Positions 27,611-36,616 of a DNA stretch of 49,617 nucleotides are shown one piece after another (position 1 is the first letter of the stretch; each line of letters opens with the position of its first letter). Both the position numbers and the translations under genes were made by a program. The notes beneath the pieces were generated by a model. The model was given only the letters and a program-made list of their open reading frames with translations. It was not told where the DNA came from and made no database searches. Source of the stretch: a virus (lineage: Duplodnaviria > Caudoviricetes); IMG/VR virus record IMGVR_UViG_3300031953_000026, positions 1-49,617 of that record, one strand, 5' to 3'.

Positions 27611-27818
27611 TGATGTATCTTATGATTCGATCCTCTGATATATGCAGGTAGTATTCCGATAGGTCGTAAATTAATGACCTTAGAGAGCCTTTATGGTTTT
27701 CTATATACCAATTGATGAACAGCCGCTTTTCAGCCTCACAGTTTTTGCCCTGTGATTCTAAAAATTGTTGTTTGGTCTGCTCAACGGTTGCGAGTACCTG
27801 GGAAACTAGATTTTGCAT
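27597..27818 (-). CDS. Small HTH-like protein
   Basis: LIYDLSEYYLHISEDRIIRY HTH-like pattern; overlaps the previous gene. Confidence 0.55.
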   Translation of the reverse strand: MQNLVSQVLATVEQTKQQFLESQGKNCEAEKRLFINWYIENHKGSLRSLIYDLSEYYLHISEDRIIRYINEKG

Positions 27819-27911
27819 TGTTGGGGGGTTGGGGTTAAAAATATATTTCCTTTTGTATTGATAATTTTTGTATATTTACTGGTTAACTAACATTAAATTA
27901 ATTACTTACTT

Positions 27912-28151
27912 ATGACTTATAATAATATAAATCTTAGAACTGCAACAATTCACGACTTCACTACTGATAAAAAAATCCTTGTAGATGAGTTTGGCATTGA
28001 ACAACCTAAAGAGGAATACAGTCAAAACCTTGCTACTCAAACAAGGATTAAAGACCTTTTAGATTATGCAGAACTAACAAAAAACAATGAACTTAAAAAC
28101 GCTGTGAATAAATCTTTTGAAACAGAATTAGCTTCTTTTGGATTTGAGTAA
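27912..28151 (+). CDS. Small acidic protein convergent with MuF (immunity candidate)
   Basis: 79 aa; own TTTG...TATATTTA promoter (about 27852-27878); ends 1 bp from the MuF stop. Confidence 0.65.
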   Translation: MTYNNINLRTATIHDFTTDKKILVDEFGIEQPKEEYSQNLATQTRIKDLLDYAELTKNNELKNAVNKSFETELASFGFE

Positions 28152-28152
28152 A

Positions 28153-29958
28153 TTATTTAAACCTACTTAGAAATTCTATATATCCTGATTCAGAATATTG
28201 AATAGTTCCTTTTATCAATTGCCTTGCTTGTTGTTTTCCTATTTTTACCTTTGAATGTTTCCTAATCGCATTTATTAAACCCTCTACCTGAGTATCATAT
28301 CTTTCATTGATTAGGTAGGTTTCAACGTCTTTTAATACCAAAGATTTATCTGCCTTTGAAATTTCTATAAGTTTATCAAAGTTTCTGACCATTGTATTAT
28401 AACCCGTGTTTGGCCTATCCAACATTAACCCCCTGTTTTCTAATTTACCACCAAGGCGCTCCATAAATTCAGGTAAACGGTTACGGGAAACAAACTCATT
28501 TGAAAGTTCCATATACCTTGTTTGGAGTTTTGTTATCCTGATATTCCCAATCTTATTGGCATTATGCATAATCTCATGATGGAATGTTGACATACCAACT
28601 TCCTGATTATATGTTGTTGGAACACCTCTTTTGATGTTGTTTATTCCTGAAATCACCTGATCTGCAATATCTTTTTTGAGATAAATATCCCCTCTTAATG
28701 TGGTAAACCCATTAACCCCTGCACGTCTTGTTGTTGCTACTTCTTTAAAACCACGTGCAAAATATGAAGGATTGGATGTTGCAAAATCAGCTACAGCCCC
28801 GTTTAACCCCTTCATATCTGTTATATCAATGATATTGATTTTCTTAGGGATCGGGATTGTTTTCTTAACAGGTGTTTTAACCACAGGCGCAACCTTTGGA
28901 ACAGTCTTAACAACACTTGGCGCTATTCCCGGTATTTTAGTCTTTGGATTGAACACGAATTCACTCCCTACATTCTTGAAATTGTCTTTTAGAAAATACG
29001 GTGTGTTTTTATAACTCCGCAGCTTATCAGAATTCGCATTTAGATAATCGGTTGCCGTTTTTGGAACGGTTCTTATTTGATGCCGTCCGTCTATTTTCCC
29101 GCCTCCCAAATACTCCTTGAATTTATCCCTTGGCAATAACAGGGATTCAGAAAAACACAAACAGTTTGGATGCCAGCCCGTAAATAAGAAGTTCTTAGGG
29201 TATGTTCCTACAAGTTCATCACAAATATCATAAGCAGGATGGCTCCCTGATAATTTAACCGTTTGACCTGTTACAAAAGGCATATCCTGCCTCCTGTTAA
29301 AGTCATTGGTTCTATATGCGATATTGATTTCATTCCGGCTTAACCTAAGTGCGTTTTTATAACTGGACCTGTAAATACCTTTGCCGGGATGGTAATTCTT
29401 AGCGGGGTTTGATAACATCAACTTGCCATCTGAATTACGCACCCTTCTAAAATTCCTATCAGGCTCTTTGAGGTACTTCTTTAAATCGGTTGCAGTTTCT
29501 GAGGCGCTGCGTCCGCTTAATATTCCGGACTGCATAACGCTTTCCATACTTTCCTTAGCTTGGTTAGTCAATCCCCAAACCCGATCACTTAAATTAAGCC
29601 CTGCGGCTTTTCGACTGAGGAAAGAAGCAACCGCTCCATCATTGGTCTTTAGGAATTTGTTCAACTGGCCGCTTTTCAGGTCCATTCCCTTAACATACTT
29701 GTTTACAAGCTCATCATTTCCTGTATTGGATATGCCAAAACTATTCGTGATTTGTTGTTGCAGGGTGCGTTCCATATCCCCGTTAAAGTCCAACATTGCC
29801 CTCTCAAACTGCCTGGTTTTATCGGGTGATAGTATTCCTGTGGAGTTCCCTTTGAGTATATGACCAAATATAAAAGAATACCGACTATACAGTCTGTCCA
29901 AGTGCCATTCCTGAGCGTGGAGAAGGGATAATAAGCGGTTTTCAGATGGGTTTGGCAT
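28153..29958 (-). CDS. MuF/SPP1 gp7-like minor head protein with C-terminal HExxH extension
   Basis: LSDRVW, RLSRNEINIAY and CDEL...WHPNCLC MuF motifs; Pro/Val/Lys linker; HHEIMH. Confidence 0.85.
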   Translation of the reverse strand: MPNPSENRLLSLLHAQEWHLDRLYSRYSFIFGHILKGNSTGILSPDKTRQFERAMLDFNGDMERTLQQQITNSFGISNTGNDELVNKYVKGMDLKSGQLNKFLKTNDGAVASFLSRKAAGLNLSDRVWGLTNQAKESMESVMQSGILSGRSASETATDLKKYLKEPDRNFRRVRNSDGKLMLSNPAKNYHPGKGIYRSSYKNALRLSRNEINIAYRTNDFNRRQDMPFVTGQTVKLSGSHPAYDICDELVGTYPKNFLFTGWHPNCLCFSESLLLPRDKFKEYLGGGKIDGRHQIRTVPKTATDYLNANSDKLRSYKNTPYFLKDNFKNVGSEFVFNPKTKIPGIAPSVVKTVPKVAPVVKTPVKKTIPIPKKINIIDITDMKGLNGAVADFATSNPSYFARGFKEVATTRRAGVNGFTTLRGDIYLKKDIADQVISGINNIKRGVPTTYNQEVGMSTFHHEIMHNANKIGNIRITKLQTRYMELSNEFVSRNRLPEFMERLGGKLENRGLMLDRPNTGYNTMVRNFDKLIEISKADKSLVLKDVETYLINERYDTQVEGLINAIRKHSKVKIGKQQARQLIKGTIQYSESGYIEFLSRFK

Positions 29959-29963
29959 AGTTG

Positions 29964-30203
29964 CTATTCTAAATTTTCAGGCTTTAAACAACTCCCGCTT
30001 ATCGGCTGCATCTTCTGACCAAAGGTCAATTGTTGAATCCAAATCTTCCCGGTCCGGGCTATTTGTTGGATTTCTTCAAGCTCCAATTCAAAACAAAAGG
30101 TGGTCGTGCCGTCCTCTGGATTGTAAAAGGCGGGCAAAGTATTATACTCCGGTTGGTTCTTTGCAATCTCTATGTTTACCTGTGGAAATGTAGTTGCTAT
30201 CAT
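29964..30203 (-). CDS. Conserved small phage protein (NQPEY..LPA...QQLTFG..MQP)
   Basis: 79-aa ORF with its own promoter-like TATCTTG upstream. Confidence 0.7.
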   Translation of the reverse strand: MIATTFPQVNIEIAKNQPEYNTLPAFYNPEDGTTTFCFELELEEIQQIARTGKIWIQQLTFGQKMQPISGSCLKPENLE

Positions 30204-30375
30204 TTACTAACGGTTAGGGCTACAAGATACAATATATCAATCAATTAACGCTTCTTTTTGGTCGATGATCCGCTTGGCTATCTTACGATATTTCGGCTTT
30301 TTTAGACTCCTATCAAACGCCCGTTTTTCTTTACGGGTTAATTTTCTCCTAAATGGTTCGTTTACTCCTTCCATA

Positions 30376-31728
30376 TTACACGTTAAAAGTTTCTCCCATA
30401 CTTTGGGTTTGTTCCGCTTTTATTTTATCCAATTCCTCGGATGGGTTTTTAACCATTGGGTTGTGTTGTACGGCTGTTTCTTGTGCCATAGACGCTTTTC
30501 CTCCTGTTGCATTAAGCAAGGTGTCTATCTGCTCCTTGATGTCTTCCGGGATGGATAGTTTGAATTCAATATCAAAGGTTAAATCAGGATCATTGATCCC
30601 TAATCCGTTCTTGATTACTGATAAGATACGCCCTATTGCGGTTTCATAACTGCCACGTTTGCGCTTTGCCTTGTTAATGGCATCTTGCAGCATCAATACC
30701 ATTGCACGTGCTGAAATAGCGCCTATGCCCTTCACATTGTCAAAACTCATATTAGGGGTTTGGGAAATACTGTGTATAAATTCCTGTAACAGTTCTTTTT
30801 CAAGGGTGATAGATTCTACTCCGGTATCTCTCTGTAAAAACTCAGCATCTGATTGAATAACCTGATCGTTATGGACTGCGTGACCTAACAATAAAGATTT
30901 GCCATCATCAGCAATATCGATTAATGGAATATCTTTCCCATCGGCATCTTTCATTGTACCCCCTTTCAATTTTAGGATAGGGAATGCAAAGAAGTTATTA
31001 CTTCCCGCTAATTTAGACACAAGCATTTCCAGTCTATCGATCATTTCTTTCACCTCCCACCATTCTGGTTTGGCCTGGTCCACGAACACAGCCGGGATCA
31101 CTCCGAATGGATGCGCATCTGAGGTTAGGTATTTTTCATCTGAATATTTGTGTATCTCCGTTGCGGTAAAAATCCACACTTGTTTTTCTTCCTTTCCAGG
31201 TAACACGAATTGCCAGTAAAAAGCAACCAAATCCCCATACACATCATATTGAGGTGTAAAACTTCCGTTATCTGAATTATAAAACCTCGCTTTGATTTCT
31301 TTTCCGCTTTCCCCTCCCATTGAGAAGATAAAAACCCCGATAGTAGAACTCATTACGGCCTCTGAGAAGTCCTGTAATTTATTGTTGATACGATTAGCCT
31401 TAAACACATTTAAAATATCGATAGCGCTTTGTTTGTCCGGGTCATTGGCACGAATGATGGGTGCATCCCCAAACAGGAAACTGACCGCAGTATTAACAAC
31501 CTTCTTTTGGTATTGTATTTTAAGGCGTTCAGCAACTACCTTTTTCTTTCCACTGGTATAATCTTCCCGTTTTCCTACTTGTAGATCCCTGAGCTTTCGC
31601 CCTTCATCTTCCCCGCTGTATTCTAACGCATACTCGGTAATCTGTTTTTGGCGTGAGGCATCAAGACCTAAAAAGTCCTTAACCTGGGTTTCATCTTTAA
31701 AATCAAATTCAAATTCTTCTTCTTCCAT
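30376..31728 (-). CDS. Portal protein, SPP1-like
   Basis: FLFG.AP, HPFGVIP, SQTPNMSF and GAISARAM motifs; probable start MEEEEF at 31728. Confidence 0.92.
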   Translation of the reverse strand: MEEEEFEFDFKDETQVKDFLGLDASRQKQITEYALEYSGEDEGRKLRDLQVGKREDYTSGKKKVVAERLKIQYQKKVVNTAVSFLFGDAPIIRANDPDKQSAIDILNVFKANRINNKLQDFSEAVMSSTIGVFIFSMGGESGKEIKARFYNSDNGSFTPQYDVYGDLVAFYWQFVLPGKEEKQVWIFTATEIHKYSDEKYLTSDAHPFGVIPAVFVDQAKPEWWEVKEMIDRLEMLVSKLAGSNNFFAFPILKLKGGTMKDADGKDIPLIDIADDGKSLLLGHAVHNDQVIQSDAEFLQRDTGVESITLEKELLQEFIHSISQTPNMSFDNVKGIGAISARAMVLMLQDAINKAKRKRGSYETAIGRILSVIKNGLGINDPDLTFDIEFKLSIPEDIKEQIDTLLNATGGKASMAQETAVQHNPMVKNPSEELDKIKAEQTQSMGETFNV

Positions 31729-31739
31729 AGTTGGTTTAA

Positions 31740-33065
31740 TTAACTGCCAAAATTCAATCCGGCTGGTTTTTGGGGTTTGCTTATTATTGTTTTGGGTGCT
31801 ATATGAAAAAAAGCTCTCATCATAATTGAATCCCAATCATCAGGAGAACGCCCTATCTTTTCTTTCATTAAATCTTTTGGTATGATTGCAAGTTTACCGT
31901 CCTTATCAATATTTTTCATTTTAACTTGTTCCATTTCTTCTGCAACCTGATCTCTAATATCTTTGTTGTTACATATTTCTCCGGCCAACCTGTTTTGTAT
32001 CATATCAGCCATAATAATTGAACACTGGCTTTTTAAATTATCATAGTTTTCATCATTCAATGCTTTGGAATTATTTACAAATCCTTTGCAGTTTAAATAA
32101 TCCACGACCCCGCCACCTACACCATCTTCATCGGCAACCGTATGAGAACTACTGACACCGTGTTTTTTTTGTAGTTCAATACCTTTGTCAACTACCTCAT
32201 TTACTTTACTTATTGCCATTTCATATCGATGGGTACATAGCCAATTATCCCAAATCCTAAAGACTGTTTTATCTTTCCCTTTCCGGGCAACATCAATGGT
32301 CATATATTTAAATCCATCCCTTTCTATATGCTTAGGATTGAAATAATCCATAATAGCATCCATTTCTATGAGGGTTGAAGGGTCGTCGTCATATTCCCAA
32401 TTGCCATAATACAATCGCTCTTTACTGTTCTTATCAAGCCTGAGCAATGATTTTAAATAAGAGGGGTGCAAGTATGGGTTATCAGTTGGAAGTGATTGTA
32501 TAAACCTCCTGTAATCTTCTAATTCGTTTTCTCTTGACGGTTTATAGAATTCTTTATAAACCCAATTCTTTGCAGGGTTACAAGTACCTAATATTTTAGG
32601 GATTATTCCAAATACGTTTAATTTATACCTTATACGGGATTTTACAACCTGCCAGGCCCGATAAACCAATTGATTACACTCATCAATAAAAGCCCCTGTA
32701 ATTTCCAAAGACCCTAAACTGTCAAAATTAGGATCTGAGGGGTAAAGGAATAAATCTTTTAATATTATTTGGCTGCCATTGATCCAATTGATTGTATTGG
32801 TTTGAGCGTTATAGGTAAATTGATTTCCTAAATCTAAATCTCCAGATAATTCAAAGAACGTGTTTAACGTGGTTTCTTTTAATGTTTTTAATTTTGACCT
32901 TCCCATCAGCCATCTTGAACCGGGATATTTTTGACAATTCTCAATCAACCATAAACAGCCTAATGCACTTTTACCACCACCCGCAGCGCCTCCATATAAA
33001 ATCTCCTCTGTAACATCATCTTTGAGGAAATAAGCTGCGTGTTCTTGCTTTACAAGTAATTTCAC
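31740..33065 (-). CDS. terL: Terminase large subunit
   Basis: Walker A YGGAAGGGKS, Walker B FIDE, TCNP, nuclease DVAR and SPDDWD; GTG start. Confidence 0.97.
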   Translation of the reverse strand: MKLLVKQEHAAYFLKDDVTEEILYGGAAGGGKSALGCLWLIENCQKYPGSRWLMGRSKLKTLKETTLNTFFELSGDLDLGNQFTYNAQTNTINWINGSQIILKDLFLYPSDPNFDSLGSLEITGAFIDECNQLVYRAWQVVKSRIRYKLNVFGIIPKILGTCNPAKNWVYKEFYKPSRENELEDYRRFIQSLPTDNPYLHPSYLKSLLRLDKNSKERLYYGNWEYDDDPSTLIEMDAIMDYFNPKHIERDGFKYMTIDVARKGKDKTVFRIWDNWLCTHRYEMAISKVNEVVDKGIELQKKHGVSSSHTVADEDGVGGGVVDYLNCKGFVNNSKALNDENYDNLKSQCSIIMADMIQNRLAGEICNNKDIRDQVAEEMEQVKMKNIDKDGKLAIIPKDLMKEKIGRSPDDWDSIMMRAFFHIAPKTIISKPQKPAGLNFGS

Positions 33066-33481
33066 TATTCATCAGGATTAATTCCTTCGCCTAAAGAAAT
33101 AACATTTATTGATTGGCCTTTTGTGGTATGGTCAACTTCTTGCTTATCAGCCCAACCAAATCTATTTCGCATATTCATATACCACCCGGTATAATTAAAG
33201 TCTTTTTCTTTCAGGTTTTTTCTCCCCGCAACCTCCCACCAAGTATTAGATTTTAACCTTCCCTTTTTTATGGTTTCGGAAAACTCCGGCTCATCCTTAA
33301 TCCATCTATCAAAAAGATCCCATGAACATTTGGTTTCGCCTTCGCATTCATCAGCGATTAAAGCCCTTATTTCAACATCAGAAGCCCCTACATCGTAGAG
33401 GCTGAGTATATCATCTTTCCAGTTATCCCAAAGGACGTCTAATCCTATCTTTGGCCTTCCGGTATTTTCTGATTTTTCCAT
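33065..33481 (-). CDS. terS: Terminase small subunit
   Basis: GRP...HTH...[10 protein letters not shown]...[17 protein letters not shown]; directly upstream of terL. Confidence 0.85.
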   Translation of the reverse strand: MEKSENTGRPKIGLDVLWDNWKDDILSLYDVGASDVEIRALIADECEGETKCSWDLFDRWIKDEPEFSETIKKGRLKSNTWWEVAGRKNLKEKDFNYTGWYMNMRNRFGWADKQEVDHTTKGQSINVISLGEGINPDE

Positions 33482-33498
33482 TATTGGGTTAATTTATA

Positions 33499-33714
33499 TT
33501 ATTTCTTTTTCCTTGCCCGTTTCTTCTTAGGCTTTTCAGTTGTTTCCATTTTGGAAATAGCTGGTTCAACCACTCCACTAACTTTAACTTCCTCAGCAAC
33601 CCCGGCATCGATAAACTCGTTTGCCCTTTTAGATTCCCGTTCTATAACGGTTTGAGGTACTAAAACTTCTCTCGTGATCTTGTCGTTTACCCTTTTAGTT
33701 ATTCTTATTTTCAT
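33499..33714 (-). CDS. Small basic phage protein
   Basis: RANEFIDAGVAE motif and Lys-rich tail. Confidence 0.6.
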   Translation of the reverse strand: MKIRITKRVNDKITREVLVPQTVIERESKRANEFIDAGVAEEVKVSGVVEPAISKMETTEKPKKKRARKKK

Positions 33715-33912
33715 AATTTATTTTATTTTGTCTCCACGCTGTAGAGGATGTTAACTCAACCCTTGTTAATGCTCAATTCGTCAAATCATAACTTTTCGAT
33801 TCCATATTTGATTTTCCGAACTTTACGCCCTTCTCAGATACCAAATGAATTGTATAGGTCGGTAATCCTATGATGTTTACGCCTGTTTGAAATTTTATGT
33901 ACCTGATACTGT

Positions 33913-34116
33913 TCATTTGTTGTGGATATAAGATTTAATGTTTGACCATACCTTATTCCATATATTAGTAATTTCCCGTCTATTTTTATATATAGTCATA
34001 CCTTCGTAAAACCCTGCACAACTAAAATATCCTACTATAAATAAATTTGAGGTTACATATCTTAACGCAACACTCACTATAACAGATACTAATAGGCCTA
34101 CTGCTATTTTCTTCAT
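33913..34116 (-). CDS. Small membrane protein
   Basis: Two hydrophobic segments. Confidence 0.5.
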   Translation of the reverse strand: MKKIAVGLLVSVIVSVALRYVTSNLFIVGYFSCAGFYEGMTIYKNRREITNIWNKVWSNIKSYIHNK

Positions 34117-34211
34117 ATTCTTTATATTTTATAAAAACTCCCGGCTCTTAAAGTTATGTGGGGATAACTCGGTTTGGGATGCCTTTGATCCAGGAGTTTT
34201 AAATTTGTTGT

Positions 34212-34607
34212 TTATTTCAGTGGTAAACTAATGGTTGACAACTGATAGATTATTTCAAAATGTTTTTCTGTAATCAATCCTATTGAATCTGGATGTGGGT
34301 CGTGAAATAATTTCCCATTTTGATAAATACAAATATGACTATTGCCTCTTAGACTATTTCCAGTTACGCAATAAAAACTATTATCGTACAAATGCCCATC
34401 AATATGCTTTATTCCCCATCCTCTATCTTCTAGCCAATCCCATAACTTTAAGAACCACTCAGTATCTTCATTTTCCTTTGGGTAGTACTCTTGAATTTGT
34501 ATCACATCTTCGGAAGATTCTAAATCCATAAAACAAGCAATTACAGTTGGGTAACAGTTACCTTTTTGAGGTGGATTATGTAATCTAGTTTGAATTAATT
34601 TTTTCAT
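34212..34607 (-). CDS. Putative Cys-His-Asp (papain/C39-like) protein
   Basis: GNC...IAC, G.S.RG.SH..IY and HDPHP. Confidence 0.5.
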   Translation of the reverse strand: MKKLIQTRLHNPPQKGNCYPTVIACFMDLESSEDVIQIQEYYPKENEDTEWFLKLWDWLEDRGWGIKHIDGHLYDNSFYCVTGNSLRGNSHICIYQNGKLFHDPHPDSIGLITEKHFEIIYQLSTISLPLK

Positions 34608-34641
34608 TTTAATTAAAATCGTATTGTATAAAGTATAAAAA

Positions 34642-34728
34642 CAGGCGGGGATTGGATTCGAACCAATGCAAGTCCCAACCTTTTCAGGTCATTCCTACCA
34701 CAGGTCAATTACGGGAAACGCCCGCCTG
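34642..34728 (-). ncRNA. tRNA-like element (non-canonical)
   Basis: 8-bp acceptor-like stem CAGGCGGG/CCCGCCTG and perfect T-arm ATTGG-TTCGAAT-CCAAT; D and anticodon arms atypical; no CCA. Confidence 0.55.
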
Positions 34729-34787
34729 ATTCTTTATCCGTTTGTTATATCCCAAAGTATTTGATCCCTCATAACGGTTAGGTTTAC

Positions 34788-35024
34788 TTAATCATTATCT
34801 TCCAGCATTAAATAAAATAAAGCGTCGATCCGTTGTTTTTGGGTTGCGCTTAAATCCTTGTTGTAAAATTCCAGTAATTGAATGGACGTGTTGATTGCCG
34901 TGTTGCGGGCATCCTTTAAATTACTGTACCCCTCAGAGGATGCATAGGTTTTATTGCCGTTGGTGGCAACTACCTTGATGCGGTGCTTCTTTAGGATATC
35001 CCGGTATTCTATTACTTCTGCCAT
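34788..35024 (-). CDS. YegP/DUF1508-like protein
   Basis: RIKVVATNGN...SSEGYSNLKDA motif. Confidence 0.7.
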   Translation of the reverse strand: MAEVIEYRDILKKHRIKVVATNGNKTYASSEGYSNLKDARNTAINTSIQLLEFYNKDLSATQKQRIDALFYLMLEDND

Positions 35025-35127
35025 TGGGGGGCTTTTAAACTACTTAGTACACGCAATTTAAGCATAATTTTTATACTGACCTAATTTATTTTTTAGCCTT
35101 GTCTAATTATTTGTTTAGGTGTAACGG

Positions 35128-35526
35128 TTAGGGGTGTGTCAGCTCAGTTCCTGTTAAAGCAAAATATAGGTTTTGTAGTTGGTGAACATATTTTGGGATA
35201 GCTATTTCAGATTCAAAACTATTGGGATATTCTCCATGTGCTATAAAAATTCTATTTATATCAAGATGAATAACACAATCAAATCTTTCGTAGTAATCAA
35301 CCTCTGTTAATTTAAATCCAAATTTTAATAACCATTCTTCGGTTAATGGAATTCCACAATAGTTATCTTTAAAAAACCAAGTAAAATCTTCATCTGTTTC
35401 TACTTCTAATTGCTCAAATTGAGCATCTAAAGAAGATATACTATGAACTTCTCCTATTGTAGATATGTCGCTAAATTCCTTCCTACTTGCTATAAAATTT
35501 CCTATTCTCAGTTCACTTGATTTCAT
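35128..35526 (-). CDS. Accessory protein, ELRIGN...YVHQLQNLYFALTG family (paralog 2)
   Basis: Termini and IPLTEEWL motif shared with 22479-22883. Confidence 0.8.
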   Translation of the reverse strand: MKSSELRIGNFIASRKEFSDISTIGEVHSISSLDAQFEQLEVETDEDFTWFFKDNYCGIPLTEEWLLKFGFKLTEVDYYERFDCVIHLDINRIFIAHGEYPNSFESEIAIPKYVHQLQNLYFALTGTELTHP

Positions 35527-35735
35527 TTGCTCCTGAGTTTAAACTCGTTTATCATTACCGTACAGATCCGGTTGATTACCGGGTCCCCGTCGAATTTATC
35601 CACATAATCCTTTTTGATTTCCTGGAGTATTTCCAAAGGCTCTACCTTAAACCCGTTTTCTGTTTTTGTGATGGTGTTGTTCATACCGCTTGTGTTGTTA
35701 AATAAATTCCTAAAATAAGTAATGCGCTCCACCAA
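35523..35735 (-). CDS. Hypothetical protein
   Basis: ORF coupled (ATGA) to the next gene; start uncertain. Confidence 0.45.
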   Translation of the reverse strand: MVERITYFRNLFNNTSGMNNTITKTENGFKVEPLEILQEIKKDYVDKFDGDPVINRICTVMINEFKLRSK

Positions 35736-35763
35736 AGGAGGAATATAGTAAGGGCTGCTTTTT

Positions 35764-36186
35764 TCATTGGTTTAAAGTGTTTATGTCAATTGCTAAATTG
35801 TTTTCTATCAGTCCGAAAACGTCAAAGTGCCATTCAAATAAATACTTCATTAATCCATACGGAGTGTTTATTTGAGTTTTATTTAATCCTATTATAGAAT
35901 CCATTTCAATATTATAATAAACATAAGTTGTTATAGGGATAAATGATGCGCCGTTAATTTCAATCTCTTTTGCGAGGTCTGATAAAGGTCTTAGGATGGG
36001 TTTAAAACTTTTAAAAGATTTTCCCGTTGCTCCACCTTCATAAGTAAAATAAGGTTCAAAATTCATAAAATAATACCCTGTAATTTTAGCCATCCTTAAC
36101 CCTACATAGTCCTGTTTATAGTTGTTTATTTCTATTTTAAGTCCATAAGGTAAATAAGGTGCTAAATGTTTTAGTTCTAATTTCAT
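35764..36186 (-). CDS. Hypothetical phage protein (LAPYLPYGLK...KPILRPLSDL...WHFDVFGLI type)
   Basis: 140-aa ORF with an A-rich leader. Confidence 0.75.
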   Translation of the reverse strand: MKLELKHLAPYLPYGLKIEINNYKQDYVGLRMAKITGYYFMNFEPYFTYEGGATGKSFKSFKPILRPLSDLAKEIEINGASFIPITTYVYYNIEMDSIIGLNKTQINTPYGLMKYLFEWHFDVFGLIENNLAIDINTLNQ

Positions 36187-36284
36187 TTCGATTCTTTTAC
36201 GTGTTCGTTAATCTTATTTATCCAGCCGTTGAAGTTGGAGGGGTGCCAGTTTTCAGGGATAAAATTCGTGGTTAAGTTCATAAT

Positions 36285-36605
36285 TTATTTGTTATAGATT
36301 TCGTTTACTTTTTTAATTGCTGCGGTTCGTGATTCTTTCCTGTTTTTTATATATAAATTGAAATCTGAATCCCCATTAATGTAGATAGCCCATCCTCCGA
36401 TACATTTCGTTAACTCAATTCTTATTCCAACACTATCAAAGAAATCCACATAAACACCGTATTGCATTGATTCAGATAATTCGTAAAAAATATCCATCTT
36501 ATCTGCTTCGCTTGTGTTTTTTAATTCTAAATCAGAAAGTTCTAAATGAGTTCCTTTAAAAAACCAACTCTCAAAATCTACTTTACATTTTCCTGTTAAT
36601 ATCAT
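36285..36605 (-). CDS. LTGKCK family paralog 2
   Basis: MILTGKCKVDFESWF...SMQYGVYVDFFD...AAIKKVNEIYNK. Confidence 0.75.
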   Translation of the reverse strand: MILTGKCKVDFESWFFKGTHLELSDLELKNTSEADKMDIFYELSESMQYGVYVDFFDSVGIRIELTKCIGGWAIYINGDSDFNLYIKNRKESRTAAIKKVNEIYNK

Positions 36606-36616
36606 AATTTCAGTTA

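Noticed and set aside
30376-31836. ORF-track starts for the portal (31836), gp10-like (24472), 3638, 7173, 36626 and 37728 genes
   Set aside because: The extensions overlap upstream genes or regulatory DNA; downstream ATGs with A-rich leaders fit better.
33711-33916. Possible TGA readthrough or stop-codon recoding in a small ORF upstream of terS
   Set aside because: Core genes are intact under the standard code and use TAA, TAG and TGA as stops. There is no suppressor tRNA, and a single short case is not evidence.
34642-34728. Canonical tRNA-Phe/Ser call
   Set aside because: The anticodon stem cannot form with a 7-nt loop and the D-arm is oversized, so it is reported as tRNA-like only.
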